From Eledone cirrhosa (lineage: Eukaryota): a stretch of DNA of 64,000 bases. Position numbers and translations under genes: made by a program. Position 1 is the first letter of the stretch; each line of letters begins with the position of its first letter. The notes under the pieces were generated by a model that worked only from the letters and a program-made list of their open reading frames with translations, was not told the DNA's origin and did not search any database. The DNA is taken from positions 27,900,001-27,964,000 of the forward strand of contig OZ024763.1 of the NCBI GenBank assembly GCA_964016885.1. Direction: 5' to 3'. This document shows, in pieces, positions 14,800 through 30,405 of this stretch.

Positions 14800-15595
14800 G
14801 TGTAAGAGTATATAAAAGGTGTGTTTAGATGAAAGTGTGTGACAGGCCATTACATTTGTAGGGATAGAAGAGGACTTGTTTTCTGTGGTGGTTGTAGTAG
14901 TAATAGTGGTGTTGGTAGTAGTAGTTGTAGTGATAGTAGTAGTTGCAGTAGCAGTTGTGTTAGTAATATTAATATAAGTAATAGTGGTTGTGAAGGTGGT
15001 GGTAGTTGTAGCAGTAGTGGATGTAGTAGTGGTGGTTGTAGTATGTTTGTGTTTATTCAATGACCACCACTATAGAAAATTTTATATGCTGCCATACAGA
15101 GAAAAATAAATGTGTGAATTTTCTTGTAAGAATGTATTCATGTATAAGGGAAGTTAAAAAAATTTAATTTAATTTAATTTAATTTAATTTAAAAAAAAAC
15201 AATCTCGGTTCATACAACAGATATATATAAATATATATAAATATATATATATATAATATATATATAGACGTGTGTGTGTGTATGTGTGATTATATTCAAT
15301 CATAGACACATATTTAAACACATATATACATACATATATATGTGTGTGTATATATCTAGAGAAATATCTATTTGGTATACATCTTAAAATTCAGCCATTT
15401 TTTTTTTATAAAGGATATTTCAGGGTGCAATAAAAAAAAAATATCACATTCAGACACACACATTATATATATATATATACATATACACACATATACATAC
15501 ACCAATACATTTATATATATATATATATATATATATAATGTGTGTGTGTGTGTATAAGTATATATATGTATATATATAAGTATATTTATATAAAC

Positions 15596-15646
<51 letters not shown>

Positions 15647-16156
15647 TATATGTATGTATATTTATACATATACACCCACAAACAAAAGATACAAACCCAA
15701 AACTAGTATATTACTACACTTTAACTGCCAAAATATACAAGTCACTACCTTGATATGAACACTTATTTGTTCACAATGTATGTTTAGTGTGTGTATATAT
15801 GTCTGTGTGTATATATATATTCATATATATTATATATATATAATTGTATGTTTGTGTGTATGTGTTTACCAAGTGTGTATTTGTTCATTTCATGTCTCTT
15901 TCCTTTGTCATGTTCCTTTTTCGTACATTAAAAAAAAAAATTATTATTTTCAACTTGTACATACATGTTTGAAGGGAGATATATATATATATACATATAT
16001 ATATATACATGTGTAAGTATATATATATATATATCTAAATATATATATATATGTAAATATATATATATATATAAAAATATATATATATATATGTAAATAT
16101 ATATATATATATGTAAATATATATATATATGTAAATATATATATATATGTAAATAT

Positions 16157-16187
<31 letters not shown>

Positions 16188-16194
16188 CACACAC

Positions 16195-16226
<32 letters not shown>

Positions 16227-17303
16227 GTGTTCTTTCAGCCGTCACTGCTAAGGCCATATGAAAGTACCGCCCTTCATCTATAAAACATATTACCGATAAC
16301 AAAGATAGCTTTTTTTTATATTAATAAGTCTTCGATCCCTTTTTCGATTCCATATTTTCCATGGGAATGGGAAAAGTGGGTTAGTATTAATTTTATTTTT
16401 TATGAAATCAATATACATCCTTTGTTTTTTGTTTTTTTGGGGGGTGGGTTTATTTGTAATATTTTCGATTTTTTTTTTAAGTAGTTTTTCAAAAGTTTTT
16501 TTTCGTCTCTTTCCATTTCATATTGGAATGTATTAATAATTAAACCGTGATTACAAAACAAAAAAAAAAAAAGGGTTTTATTCCCAACCCTCCCAGACTT
16601 CAACAAGTGCTAATTATTTAAGGCTATTAAGGGGAGGAGAAGAAGGGAGCAGAGGGTGGAGATTTAAATGTTTTTTTTTTTATAATTCCCCCAAACTACC
16701 AACTCCCTCCCCCCCATACATAAATTTTCGTAACGATTAAACATCGTTTATCATAATTTTTCATGTCTCTCTCATTCTCTCTTGCTTTCTTGTACAGTTA
16801 CTCATGTAGACAAATGCGGGCCAAAAATTTTTAAAATTAATTTCATAATTAGTAAAAAAAAAAAATTTTAATTTAAAAATTAAAAAATTATAAATAAAAA
16901 TATCTTTTTTTCTGTGTTTTTTCAAATATATTTTTAATATTTTTTGTTTTTTTGATTTTTTTAAATTTGATATTTTAAAGTTTCAGGCCACTTTTTTCTT
17001 CAAAGAATTCCATGATATCACCAAAAAAAAAAAAAAAAATAAGCATGTACAAGAAACATTATTATTTTTGTTTTTAAATTTTAAAACTTTTTTTTTTTTC
17101 AATTTCATATGCAATTTATGCATATGAAATACTTGTGCTTGCATCCATTCTCCACTTGCTTCCTTGTGCATGCATGCATGAAGTCTTATAAGTCAAGCCA
17201 TGCACACACACACCTACTCATCCAACCACACGCACACAGAGATAAACTGCAGAGCTCACTTCCAGAATCGAATGAGCTCCTTTATAACAGACTATCACAT
17301 TCA

Positions 17304-17346
<43 letters not shown>

Positions 17347-18006
17347 TCATTTTATGTTAGTTTCAAATATCTTTTTCTTTTTTTTGCAATTTTCGTTTTT
17401 GGGGGATTTTTTAAATGCACCAAATATCAGGGAATTTGCAATAGTTTGATGATGAAAAGGAAAAAAAGGAGTGGAAACGCCCCCACCACTATTGTTTGGG
17501 GTTTTTATCTTATAAGAATATTTTAATTTCATATATATTGACTTCTTACAACTAAGGGTAGTTGTATAATGGGGGAAAGTGTGTGTGTATATATATATAT
17601 TTACACGTGTTTGTATATATGTATGTGTATATTTGTCTATATATATATATGTAAATATTATATATATATAATACATATATATAATATATATATATAATAT
17701 ATATATATATATGTGTGTGTGTGTATATATGTATGTATCAATGAATGTGTATGTATAAATATGTATATGTATGTTATAGTAGTTATAATATATATATATA
17801 TATATTAAATCAATTTCTTAATAATGTTTCTCATGAGATGGCCTTCTTCAATCTACAGTGTATTCTTTTCCATAAAACATTTGTCTATGTTGTACAACTG
17901 GTAGGAGACCAAGGGTTAGACCCTGAGCAAGATGGCTGGGTAACATCCATGAGGTTAGCTGGTCACACTTAAGGATCCAGCCGAATCAGTTGGAGAGGTT
18001 TGCTAG

Positions 18007-18076
<70 letters not shown>

Positions 18077-19187
18077 CCATTGATGTCGAATTATCCTCAA
18101 ACTCTGAGTAACTTCCCATATTTTCTCTATTTCTTTTGTACTCCAGGTTTTTATTTAATTTTCCCTTTAATGTCTTTTCTCAGTATATCAACCAGGAATA
18201 TTCAAAAGATTTTTAAAAAAACATTAACTGTTAATTCGTTTTTGAATTTGTTTTGCATGATTTCTTATCTGAAAACGTGTGTTGAAACAGATATTGTTAT
18301 ACTTTGGGAGTGTCATACTGTTATTCTTTTTTTACATGTAAAAATTATAATATATAATATATTTATATCTGTGTAGAATTGTGGATTTAATTCGTCGACC
18401 AGGTGTGTTCTTTAACAAATTAATCTATTTCGCATTGCTTCATCCACAACTATATGAAGATATAAATATGTTATATCATAGCTAAAATCTATAATATATT
18501 TATTTATATTGGTGCTCCAACATAGCGATATACATATGAATGTACATATTATATATTTAATAATATATGAGATGTTTATGATAAACATTTGGAAGGCTTC
18601 GCTATGAATTTTAAGGTATGTGATGGTCGTCACATACCTAGCTTCAGCAAAAGCAGGAGAAAGTAATCAACAATGCCACCATATTTGATATAAGCGGTTA
18701 TCAAGACTACATATCTCCTTGCGTATAATATATATAATACATCATGTCTCCATATAGTTGTGGATTTAATTCTTAGACCAGGTGGTTGTGGTCCATGTTG
18801 TGTGTTCTCCAGCAAAATAATTTATTTTTTTATAAGCTTCTTCTGCCAGCAATGGAAAGACCAATATAAACATTGTATCCTTGGTCCAATCTTACAAATG
18901 ACTGTTACTTTTCAATTTTGGGGGTATGTCCAAATATCTTGAAATTCTGAGTAATAAGTTATTCCATTATTCTATATCTCTGTCCTCCTTTTGTCCACCA
19001 TCTTGTTGGCTTTAGTAATGTCACATTCAGAAAATTCAAATATAGATAAAACAGCACATCCCATTATTCCATCATTCCATCTTGCTATCAATCTGTCATT
19101 CGGGCAATCCATCAAGCCATATCCAGTGTACAGACAAATGAAAAAAACGCTGCAATTATTTTTGCATTAATTTTTGGATGGATACAG

Positions 19188-19218
<31 letters not shown>

Positions 19219-19380
19219 TATGCGAGATCGACTCTTTACTGAGATTTGAAGCCCGAATCAGGAAGAGTATATGTATATATATGTCGTTATAATCATATTT
19301 ATCAATATTGTTGTTGTTGATGTTGTGGTGGTGATGCTGGTGTGTTTGTATTGTTTTAAACCTTTCAATACTGAAGGAGG

Positions 19381-19616
19381 ATATATTCCTGGGTTAAAAT
19401 AGTCCATCAGATATACTCCCGGTTAAAATAGCCCAACAAGTATACTAATGGGTTAAAGTAAGACAACAGATACACTCCCGGTTTAAAGTAGCCCTGCAGA
19501 CATACTCCTGGGTTAACATAGCCCAACAGGTGTGTTGCTGGGTTAAAATAACCTAACAGATATACAACTGGGTTGAAGTAACCCAACAGATAGGTTACTG
19601 GGTTAAAATAGCTCAT
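19381..19616. repeat. 30-bp minisatellite, 8 diverged units
   Basis: Consensus ~cagatatactcctgggttaaaatagcccaa. Confidence 0.9.
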
Positions 19617-19916
19617 ATAACATTGATGGGACAACAATATACCATATTCATATATTTAAAAACAAAAAAATAAAAAATAAGTACATAATAATGGCTTCTG
19701 ATTTAGGCACAAGGCCAACAATTTTGGGGGAGAGGGGAAAGTCAATTAAATCAACACCAGTATATTACTGGTACTTTATTTTATCAACCCCATAAGGATG
19801 AAAGGCAAAGCTTAACCTCAGTGGGATTTGAACTCAGAACCTAAAGTAAAGGACTGGGTTCTATGCCACAAAGTCTGTCATCTGACACTCTACTGATTAC
19901 TTCCAATCCACTGCCC

Positions 19917-19949
<33 letters not shown>

Positions 19950-20886
19950 TTTCTTATATGGGCACAAGGCCAGCAATTTGGGGGAGGGGAAAGTCAATTA
20001 AATCGACCCCAGTGAGTGACTGGTACTTTATTTTATCGACCCTGTAAGGATGAAAGGCCAAGTTAACCTCAGCAGATTTGAACTCAGACTGTAAAGGGCC
20101 AAACTCTATGCTGCAAAACATGGCGTCCGACCCTCTTATGATGATAATAATAATAAGTGCTTCTATTTCAAGCACAAGGCCAGCAATTTGAAGGGGAAGG
20201 GGAAAGTCAATTAAAAAATCGACCCCAGTACTTACTGCTGGTTTAATTAAAAGACATATTCTAATTAAATTTGATAAAACAATTAATCATTTTCAATTAA
20301 AGACAAATTAAATGTACCATTTTATTTTTAAAAAATCAGTATTGAAAGGATTAAAGCAACAATTCTCATACATAAATTCAAATTCACAAATAAATTCATG
20401 AATAGAATGGTGCGTGAGTGTTTGTTTTATTTATATGACTAGGAAACATCCCTTATATATGCCAGATAACAACCCACCATTAACCACAGACCCTGCAGTT
20501 AGATGGGCCAGATCAGGCAATTTAATATTTATCAACAAGATTAAGCAAAACAGAAGATTTGTACAGACCACGCCACTCCACTCCACACTACACCATGCCA
20601 TGCCACATACTATGGAAGTGTGTGAGTGTGTTTGTGTTGCATATATCTATATACACGTATATGTACATATATACATTCACATACACACACTCAGGCACAG
20701 ACAAATATTTATATATATATATATATATATACACAGTCAGGGGCACACACATACACACACACAAATATATATATATATAAATATATACATTTATATATAT
20801 ATATATATATATATACATTTATATATATACATATATATACATTTATATATATACATATATATACACATTTATATATATATTCCTAC

Positions 20887-20924
<38 letters not shown>

Positions 20925-20950
20925 GTATACGTACATACAAGCACACACAC

Positions 20951-20985
<35 letters not shown>

Positions 20986-21315
20986 TATATATATATAGGT
21001 ATACGAGATATAATTTTCGGTTTCTCCATATATCTATCTATCAATATATATTATACATAGATATATGTGTATATACACAAACAAACACACACACATATAT
21101 ATACACACACACATATATATATATATATACATATATACACACACTCAAACAAACATAGATATATATACATTAAATTGCAGGTTAGCTGAATATGAATAAA
21201 GATCATAACATACTCTTACACACAGGCCAGGCATGAAACAACCTGTAGATCATCATTTAAAGCATTCAGACCTTTTATTTTTAAGTAGTAGTAGTAGTAG
21301 TAACTGCATAAGTAA

Positions 21316-21353
<38 letters not shown>

Positions 21354-21455
21354 ATAGAGCTCTATTGTCTTCTTTCCCATTATTTTTCTTCACATATTTT
21401 GCTTTCATTTTCTCCTTCTTTTAGTAATTCACTCATACATACATTCATATATAAA

Positions 21456-21492
<37 letters not shown>

Positions 21493-21790
21493 ATCATTGT
21501 GTTGTTTTGATGCTCTTTGTTCGTGTATTTTTTGTTTCGTTTTGTTTTTTGGAGTTTTATAAGGCCAATATTAATATTATTATTATTATTATTATTATTA
21601 TAATTTTGTTGTTGTCGTTTGTTTTTGTGTTTTTTTGCTATACATTTTTTTTTTTTTTTTTACATGGAGGATGGAAAGAGCATGTTCTCACCCTCTCGAA
21701 AATGTTAAATCATTTACAGCATTGTAGAGAATCTCTTCATCTCTCTCTCTCTCTCTCTATCGCTCTCGTTCTCTGTCTATCGTGCTTGTG

Positions 21791-21824
<34 letters not shown>

Positions 21825-22145
21825 CGCTCTCGTTTTCTCTCTGTTGCTCTCACGCTCACTCTCTCTCTATACATATGTATATCGCTCTCACTCTCTCTCT
21901 ATCGCTTGCACATTTTTGAAAAAATATTTTCTCTGAAAACAGCGTTGTTGCATCACTTTGATGTCTTCCCATGAAAAGGTTTAGCTATCAATCTTTTATC
22001 ACCAAAGTGTAGAAGAAGAAGAAGAAGAAGAAGAAGAAGAAGAAGAAGAAGAAGAACAAATGAATGAATGAAAGTTAAATACAAACAATATGATAAAACA
22101 AAATCGTTGGAGTTATTATTGTAAAGCTGTGTGTGTGTGTATGCG

Positions 22146-22177
<32 letters not shown>

Positions 22178-23361
22178 TGTATGTATGTATGTATATATAT
22201 ATATATTTGTATGTATGTATGTATGCCATCATACATAAAAAAACTAATATTTGCTCATATAATTGTTGAAGAAAAAATATAAATGGCTGCACCATTTTTA
22301 AAATGTATGTATAAGTCTATAGGTATATAATATATACCATATACATATATATATATATATATATATCATATACATTATATATATATATATATATATATAT
22401 AGGAACAAGTATGACCCCGACGGCAGAGCTCAAGCCGTTTCGATGGCTAATTCTGTAATTGAGTACTTTGGTGCGTCATGGTCCATCTGGTTCCTTACCA
22501 CATTTCCTTCGTTATATATATATACGTACGTATATACAGAGATACACACATTTAGGCGCTTATATATACATGAAAATTATTCTAACCTCACTACATATAG
22601 ATAAACACGATATTATGTTTCTTGTGCTATGACCAAACCACTGTCTCGGTATTAGGTTTTGGTGCCATTAACCATTTTTCAGATTGCATGTTTATTGATA
22701 TACACTACATTACCCTGTGTATTGCTGCTATGTTGATACTTGAATTACCCCTTTCATGATGTCATTTCTAATAAAATATATTATTTCTGTTAATTAATGA
22801 AGAATTTTGAGTCATTTACTAAAATTATTAATTATCTGGCTCCTAATATGGTTATTTAACATAAGTTTTTTTTATATAAAGTGAAAGCGCGTGGCTTTGT
22901 TGTTTGGGAATTCAGCTAAAGATCATAAGGTTGTGAGTTTGATTCCCAGTGCAGCATTGTGTCCTTGAGCAAGACACTTTATTTCACCTTGCTCCAGTTC
23001 ATTCAGCTGGCAAAAATGTGTTGTACCTGTAATTCAAAGAGCCAGCCTTGTCACATTCAATGCCGAATCTCCCTGAGAACTACGTAAGGGTACGTATGTT
23101 TGTAGAATGCTCAGCCACTTGCATGTTAATCTCACGAGCAGGCTGTTCCATTGATTGGATCAACTGGAACCCTCATCGTCGTAAATGACGGAGTACTTTC
23201 CATCTTATATAAAATTATGTTGAAAGATTTTAATTTAAATTAGAAAACTTTAAAATGGGTGACTTTATTTCATAGAACCAGAGCTGGTTGTGGCCTGGCT
23301 GGTATTATAACCCTTAAACTATATACCCTCTCTTGGTCTTAGAATATAATATAACTTAATA

Positions 23362-23527
23362 CAGTGGTTCCCAAAAAGGGTCCCGCAAAGGAGTGTCTGA
23401 AGTCCCGTATAAAAAGGTAAAGGAGCATATTTATATTTCGACCATATAACAGTATTAGACTTTGGGGTTCCCCAAAAGTTTCTGAACCAAAAAGAGTTCT
23501 GCATTTGAAAAAATGTTGGTAACCCTG
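23362..23527. mobile_element. hAT-type MITE
   Basis: CAGTGGTTCCCAA ... TTGGTAACCCTG with a perfect 8-bp TSD ACTTAATA on both sides. Confidence 0.85.
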
Positions 23528-24314
23528 ACTTAATATAACAGAAGATCCTTAGTTAAAGTTCCTATAGAAATATTTTAAGTTTATAGCTCAAACTCTTTAA
23601 AATGAATGCATTTGTTTGTGCCCCAGAATTATGAGCACAGTGTAAGCAGAGGTTTTTTTTTTTCATGAGAAAGGATTTACAAGGCCTTTGCTATTACAAC
23701 TACTACTACTACCACCACAATTCAGTCAGCCAGACAATCAGTCAACACCTAATATACATACACACACACATCATATATATATGATGTATTAATTACTGCT
23801 ACCACAAAAACTCATACTGATATCCAACACAATTTTTTTGTATGTATGTTGAAAACTGTAACAGTCGTTTATATAAACACCTACATAATATATTGATGAT
23901 GTATACATACATGTATAAATATACACCACAGGAGAAAAGAAATTCAACAGGGGAAAGTCTTCACTTGATAACAGATCTCTGATGAGGGTCTGATGGTTTT
24001 GTCATTTTTTTCCCCTAAACATGATCTCATTTTTAGGGGGTAAAAAAAATACAGCAGGGATGAGTGGGGCTGGGGTTAGGTTTAGGGGTAGGGATCTAAA
24101 AGAAATAACAAAACACAAAGACTAACACACACACATACGCATGTTCATACCCACACTCATGCATACACACATACTTACTTGATACTTTGCCACAGCCAGT
24201 GAACTAATTGGCTAGGGCCACACGGTGAGCACCGCAATAAAATACAACTATAAAATACATACTTATATATATATATATACAAATATATATATATATACAA
24301 ATATATAAATATGT

Positions 24315-24348
<34 letters not shown>

Positions 24349-25381
24349 TGTAAATAAATGGATACACACACAAACATACATATATGTGTATGCAGTAATA
24401 TATATATATATATATATATATATTACTGCATGTAAAATTAAGATTAATGCTAACTTATAGATAGAAAGGGCCAAGCTGGGTAAAATATACACCCAGGTTT
24501 GTAGAATAAAAATCAATATTTTGATTTCTATAATAATTTGCTACCAGTGTGTATAAAAAAGGGAGATGGTCATTTTAAGTTCATAGATTGGGAGACAGTA
24601 TTTTCTTAAATACGAGGAATGGGCAAAAATAAATCCACTATACTTATATGAAAGAATAAATACATATATGTTATACAGATTATGTGTTTGTTTGGAGGAG
24701 CTGGGTGTCTGACTGAGCTGTAGCCAGGACGCCCACAATAAGGGGCCAAAATTAGATTTATTTTCGGGGGTTACATGCCAATCATAATATATCAGTTTAA
24801 CACTAGGATCTCCGATATATGTGTGAGTATGTGTAGATATATATATATATATATATCAGCGAATGTGTAGGTATATGTTTATGTAAGTGTATGTGTATAT
24901 ATAGAAATTTGTATATATAAGGGTATGTCTGTGTGAATATGTGTAGATATATGTATAAGTGTATGTGTATGAGTATGTGTAGATATATGTATAAGTATAT
25001 ATGTGTATGAGTATGTGTAGATATATGTGTGTGTGTGTGAGTGCATGTCAGTATAGGTTGATATATGTTAAAGTGTATGTGCCTATGAGTATGTGCCTAT
25101 GAATATGTATAAATGTGCATATGTGTATATGTAGATACATGTATAAATGTGTATATGAGTGTGTGTTGTTATATGTGTCGTCATGTGCGTGAGTATATGT
25201 TGATATATTTATGAGCGAGAATGTATATGTATGTGAGTGCGTAGATATATGTAAGAGTGTGTGGTATTTATTTCTTCATGGCTTAGGGTAATATTGGAAA
25301 ATAGCCTTCAATGTGTTTGTATATAAAGATTCATATTTTCAATAAAATGGAGATATTTCAGATTTTCAGAGCATATACATA

Positions 25382-25457
<76 letters not shown>

Positions 25458-25577
25458 GAAAGTGGGAGAGAAAAAGTAGAAAAGAAGAAAGGAATTTAAC
25501 AAATAATATATATAGCAAGAGAGCAAGTTAGCAAAATAAAGAAAAAATAAAATATATAGACAGAAAAAAGATAAGCC

Positions 25578-25629
<52 letters not shown>

Positions 25630-25728
25630 CAAATAAGCTGAAGCAATGAGTAATTTTGTGTGAATGAGATGTACAAACAATTTTTAAAAATCCTAAGCAC
25701 ATTCACATACATAATACATATATATAAC

Positions 25729-25761
<33 letters not shown>

Positions 25762-25921
25762 ACATATATATATATATTTATATATAACATATATATTTAT
25801 GTACATATAAATAAATATACATATGTATATCTTTCCATACTTAACCATACTCGTACATACATATTTTAAAAAAAAGTCAAATACAACAGTTTTTTTTTGT
25901 AACAGACAAAAGCAATTTCAC

Positions 25922-25957
<36 letters not shown>

Positions 25958-26357
25958 TAAATGCACACACATAAATGTATATATGTGTGAAACAAAATCA
26001 TATAATCAAATGTAATTAGCTTCTCATTACCAATTCATCCCCACCCCAGACCCATTTGTAATTTAATTAACTATTTTCAAAAAATTAAATATTTTAACTT
26101 TTCTTGGTGTTTTTTCTTTCTTTTTATTTTTTGGTTCAGTGTTGTTGTTGTTGTTTGTTTTGTTCTTAGGTGTTTGTGTCTCCATTTATTATTATTTTTG
26201 TGTAGTTGCTGTTGGTGTTCTTGTTGTTGTTGCCGTCTTCAAATCTTTACATAATTGTCAGAGATATACATAGGGAAAAAAAAAATGAAAGAAAATTGTT
26301 GCCAATTCTTCAGTATAATTATATATATATATATATAAGAATATATATATGTGTATA

Positions 26358-26440
<83 letters not shown>

Positions 26441-26509
26441 TTTTTCTTACTCTCTAATATTAGAAACCAAAAAAGTGAAGAAAATACAAAATAAAATGAA
26501 TAATAATAA

Positions 26510-26910
26510 TTGTTTCTACTTTAGGCACAAGGCCAGCAATTACCCAGTGCATTACTGGTACTTTATTTTATCGACCCCGTAAGGATGAAAGGCAAAGTCA
26601 ACCTCGGCGGGATTTGAACTCAGATCATAAAGGGACGTAACTATGCTGGAAAGCATGGCATCAAACCCTCTACCGATACTGCCAATCCACCGCCCTTGAA
26701 TAATAATAATAAATAATAATAATTGTTTCTACTTTAGGCACAAGGCCAGCAATTTTGGAGGAGGAGAAAGTCAATTAAATCGACCCTAGCGCGTGACTGA
26801 TACTTTATATTATCGACCCTGTAAGGATGAATGGCAAAGCTAACCTCGGTAGGATTTGAACTCAGAACTTAAAGAGCCATAACTCTATGCCACAAAGCAT
26901 GTTGTCTGAC
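26510..26910 (-). mobile_element. SINE family 1, two tandem copies
   Basis: Same A/B boxes and core; joined by (AAT)n. Confidence 0.85.
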
Positions 26911-26989
26911 ACAAGGTTAGTAATACTTTGATGCCTAAGATGAGCTTTGATTTTATTGACTCCAATAGACTGGTACTTAATATTCTTAA

Positions 26990-27430
26990 GAGAGTACAAG
27001 ACATAACCGTAGGGTTAAAGTCTGCCTTGAGCCCAATGGATCATCAGGCTAGTGTTTTTCACAGCTTCCATAGTGGGAAGCAGCAGAGAGTACAAGACAA
27101 CCCTCTGGAGAGGGTGCCAGTCTATTGCAGGGTTAAAGTTTGTCTTGAGCCCAAAGGCTCATTCGGCCGCTGTTTATCCAAGCTTCCGTGGTGTGAAGTG
27201 ACAGAGAGTACAAGACATGCTGCTGGAGAGGACACCAGTCCATTACATGGTTAAAGTCTCTTATGAGACGAAAGGCTCGTTAGGTCAGTTTTTATCCTGG
27301 TTTCTGTGGCATGAAGTGACTGAGAATACAACACTTCCCCCTGGACAAGACGCTAGTCCATCATAGGGTTAAAGTCTCTCTTGAGCCTGGAGGCTCACCA
27401 GACCAGTGCTTCTCCTGGTTTCCATGGCAT
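26990..27430. repeat. ~4 diverged ~120-bp tandem units, probably SINE-derived
   Basis: Recurrent gagtacaagac..ctggagaggg..ccagtc..agggttaaagtctg.cttgagccc; related to 8510-8700 and 38955-39060. Confidence 0.7.
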
Positions 27431-27646
27431 TGTCATCAAACTAGGGACCTTATAACCACTAATCAAATGTCTTATCCATTCAGCTTTTCTTCCACATATT
27501 ATTATTATTATTACTGTAGAGAAAAGAAAGAAAATAAAATAAAATATATGCATATATATATATATATATATATATGTACATGTATACGTTTATATATATG
27601 TATATATTTATGTACACATATACACATACCTATATATAAATATATT

Positions 27647-27685
<39 letters not shown>

Positions 27686-28784
27686 CAGACAAAATAAAAA
27701 GAACGAAAAGATAGCAATCAAAACAAAAGCAAAAAAAAACAAAACAAAAAGAGAACAAAAAATAAATAAAATGAAAGAACTAAAGAAAAAAACAAACAAA
27801 AATAAAACAAAATAAAATAAAATATAATAATAATAATTTTTTATTTAAATTATATATATATTAATTGATATACATATATATATATATATATACATATGTA
27901 TACACATATATTTATATATATACATATATATATATATATACACATATATATATATATATATACACATATATATATATATATACATATATATACATACACA
28001 TGTACATATACATACATACTCATGTACATATATGTATATATACATATATATATAAAACCCAAATAGAAACAAGTAAAAAAAAAACGGTACATATACATAC
28101 ATACAATATATATACATATATATGTGAGTGCATATATGTATTGTATAATGTACAATATATATACATGGCAGTGTATATTTATATATATATACACACATGA
28201 AGAAGGCAAACTTTGTTTTTTGATGACATTGTTTATCTGTTTCCTAGAATTGAGCATCAAAATCTACAATCTTCGTCAAATACATTCTTTCATAATTATC
28301 ATGGATCTCGTTAATTTTCACACCAAAGTGTATATGATATCTCCATATTTGTAATATTTTTTCAAGTTCTTTTCTATTTTTTTTAATAATATATTTGCAT
28401 TACTGTTTTTATTATTATTGTCATTATTATTATTACCAATATTATTATCATTATTTATTATTAATTATTCATTATTATCATCATCGTTTATGAAGTGTCT
28501 TGAATTAAACTCTCCCCCAAAATCTCTTCGGTCCTTCGCCTAACCCTAATGCATGTTTGGAATTGCTATGGTACTTAATTAATATAGTACGTTAAAATTG
28601 AATGAGATAGAGTAAGCTAGGTAGGTCATTGAAACCCCCAAACTCCCCCACCTAAAAAAAAAACAAAAAAAAACGTTTAAATTGTCCGAAATGCTGCTGA
28701 AGTTCAATGGGATATTTTGCAAAACAAAACAAAACAAAATAATTATAATATTAATGGGAATGTTGGAGGTACAAATAAAGTTAA

Positions 28785-29599
28785 CTCTTTTGGTACCAAA
28801 TGCCGCAAGAAATCCCTCCTGGTTTTATGATTCTAAGCTGTTTTGTTTTTAAAGTATATATATTTATCTTAAAATCCTTCCATCATAATTTTATGTCAGA
28901 AGATTTGTTACAAAAACCAGATAATTAATAAAAATGTTAGTTATCTAATACTAATTCCATCCGAACTCTTGATTATTTTCAAAGTCAATTTGAAAATCGT
29001 GTCCATTGTCTTTCATTAGAAATATGGTAATGAAAAGTTTAACCCTTTAGCATTTAAACTGGCCATACCTGGCCAGAATTCTCTCACCTCTTTCTGTTCA
29101 AAGTAGTCGTAATTGGCCGCTCATACCGATGTTAAGGTATTGTTCTCAAAATAAATATCAAAATCTCGTAGATTTGATATTATGTGAGATAAAGCCTTTT
29201 CTGTCAAAATATTTACAATAGTAAATATAAAGTAATGTGAATGCTAAAGAGTTAAAGTGTTTATATTTATCTAAAATCCTTCCACAAAATTTTGTGTAAG
29301 AAAATCTGTTAATTTATGGCACAAATACCAGTTTAATGAGGAAAAATTTATATTACTAAATCACTCCAAACTCTTGATTATTTTCAAAATCAATTTGAAA
29401 ATTGTGGGCATTGTATTTCATTACAAATATGGTAATTAAAAGATTAAAGTGTTTATATTTATCTAAAAACCTTCCAAACACCAGGTTAATGAAGAGAAAA
29501 TTATTTTACTAAACCCTTCCAAATTCTTGATTATTTTCAAAATTAATGATCTGAAAATCCTAAGCAGGGTCTTTCATTGGAAATATGGTAACGAAAGGG
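28785..29599. mobile_element. piggyBac-type MITE family 2 with tandem internal units
   Basis: TTAA|CTCTTTTGGTACCA ... TGGTAACGAAAGGG|TTAA. Related sequence at ~12172-12835, ~2230-2440, ~22770-23310 and ~62250-62520. Confidence 0.7.
29043..29251. mobile_element. piggyBac-type MITE family 1 nested in a family-2 array
   Basis: Same TIRs and TTAA flanks as the 6861 copy. Confidence 0.82.
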
Positions 29600-29961
29600 T
29601 TAAATTGAACAACAGCAAAGCATTTCATCTTTTTCTGCTTCCTTTTTGCTGTCTGGTTGCTCTAAGGGTTTCTAAGGCCAGAAAATATTTCAACTGAGGC
29701 ATTGGTGAGAGGCAGGAGGGGGGGGGGGGGTGACGATGATTAGGGTTCAATTTAAAATTGCCCTACCTCTATCTGCTCCTTTACCCAAACAAATAATTTT
29801 ACTAGGAACTTCTATATATATGTTTTTTAATTATTATTCTATCAACCTTTTCCGTTCTGTCCCAATTCATGGGGAGGAATCATGGAAGGCAAGGATGAAG
29901 TTCCCCCAAAGGACAGAAGGATCGGGATCAAGATTTGAACTAAAAATAAATATATATAAAC

Positions 29962-29999
<38 letters not shown>

Positions 30000-30359
30000 G
30001 TTTATATATATATATATAAATATGTTTATATATATATATATGTTTATATATATATTTCAAAATTCAATAGGACCAACTATTAATATTATAATTATTTATT
30101 TTTAAATAATAATAATAATAATATTAAATAAATAAATAATAATCATATTGATCTTTGGTCTTATTGAATTTGGGAATATAAATACTCTACTACTATAGTT
30201 GTTTGCTGTTGAAGAACGAAGGGTATAAATCTACATTGAGCTGAAATCATCTTACTATCAATAATAGATCATTCCTTGAGCTGATCGACAGTAAAACATG
30301 TGTAATATGTTATTAAATATGTTATGATGCAACACTGATTCTTTGTTCCTTTATTCTTA

Positions 30360-30405
<46 letters not shown>

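Noticed and set aside
24066-24093. Telomere-like ggggttaggtttaggggtaggg
   Set aside because: Only 2-3 degenerate units; too short to call.
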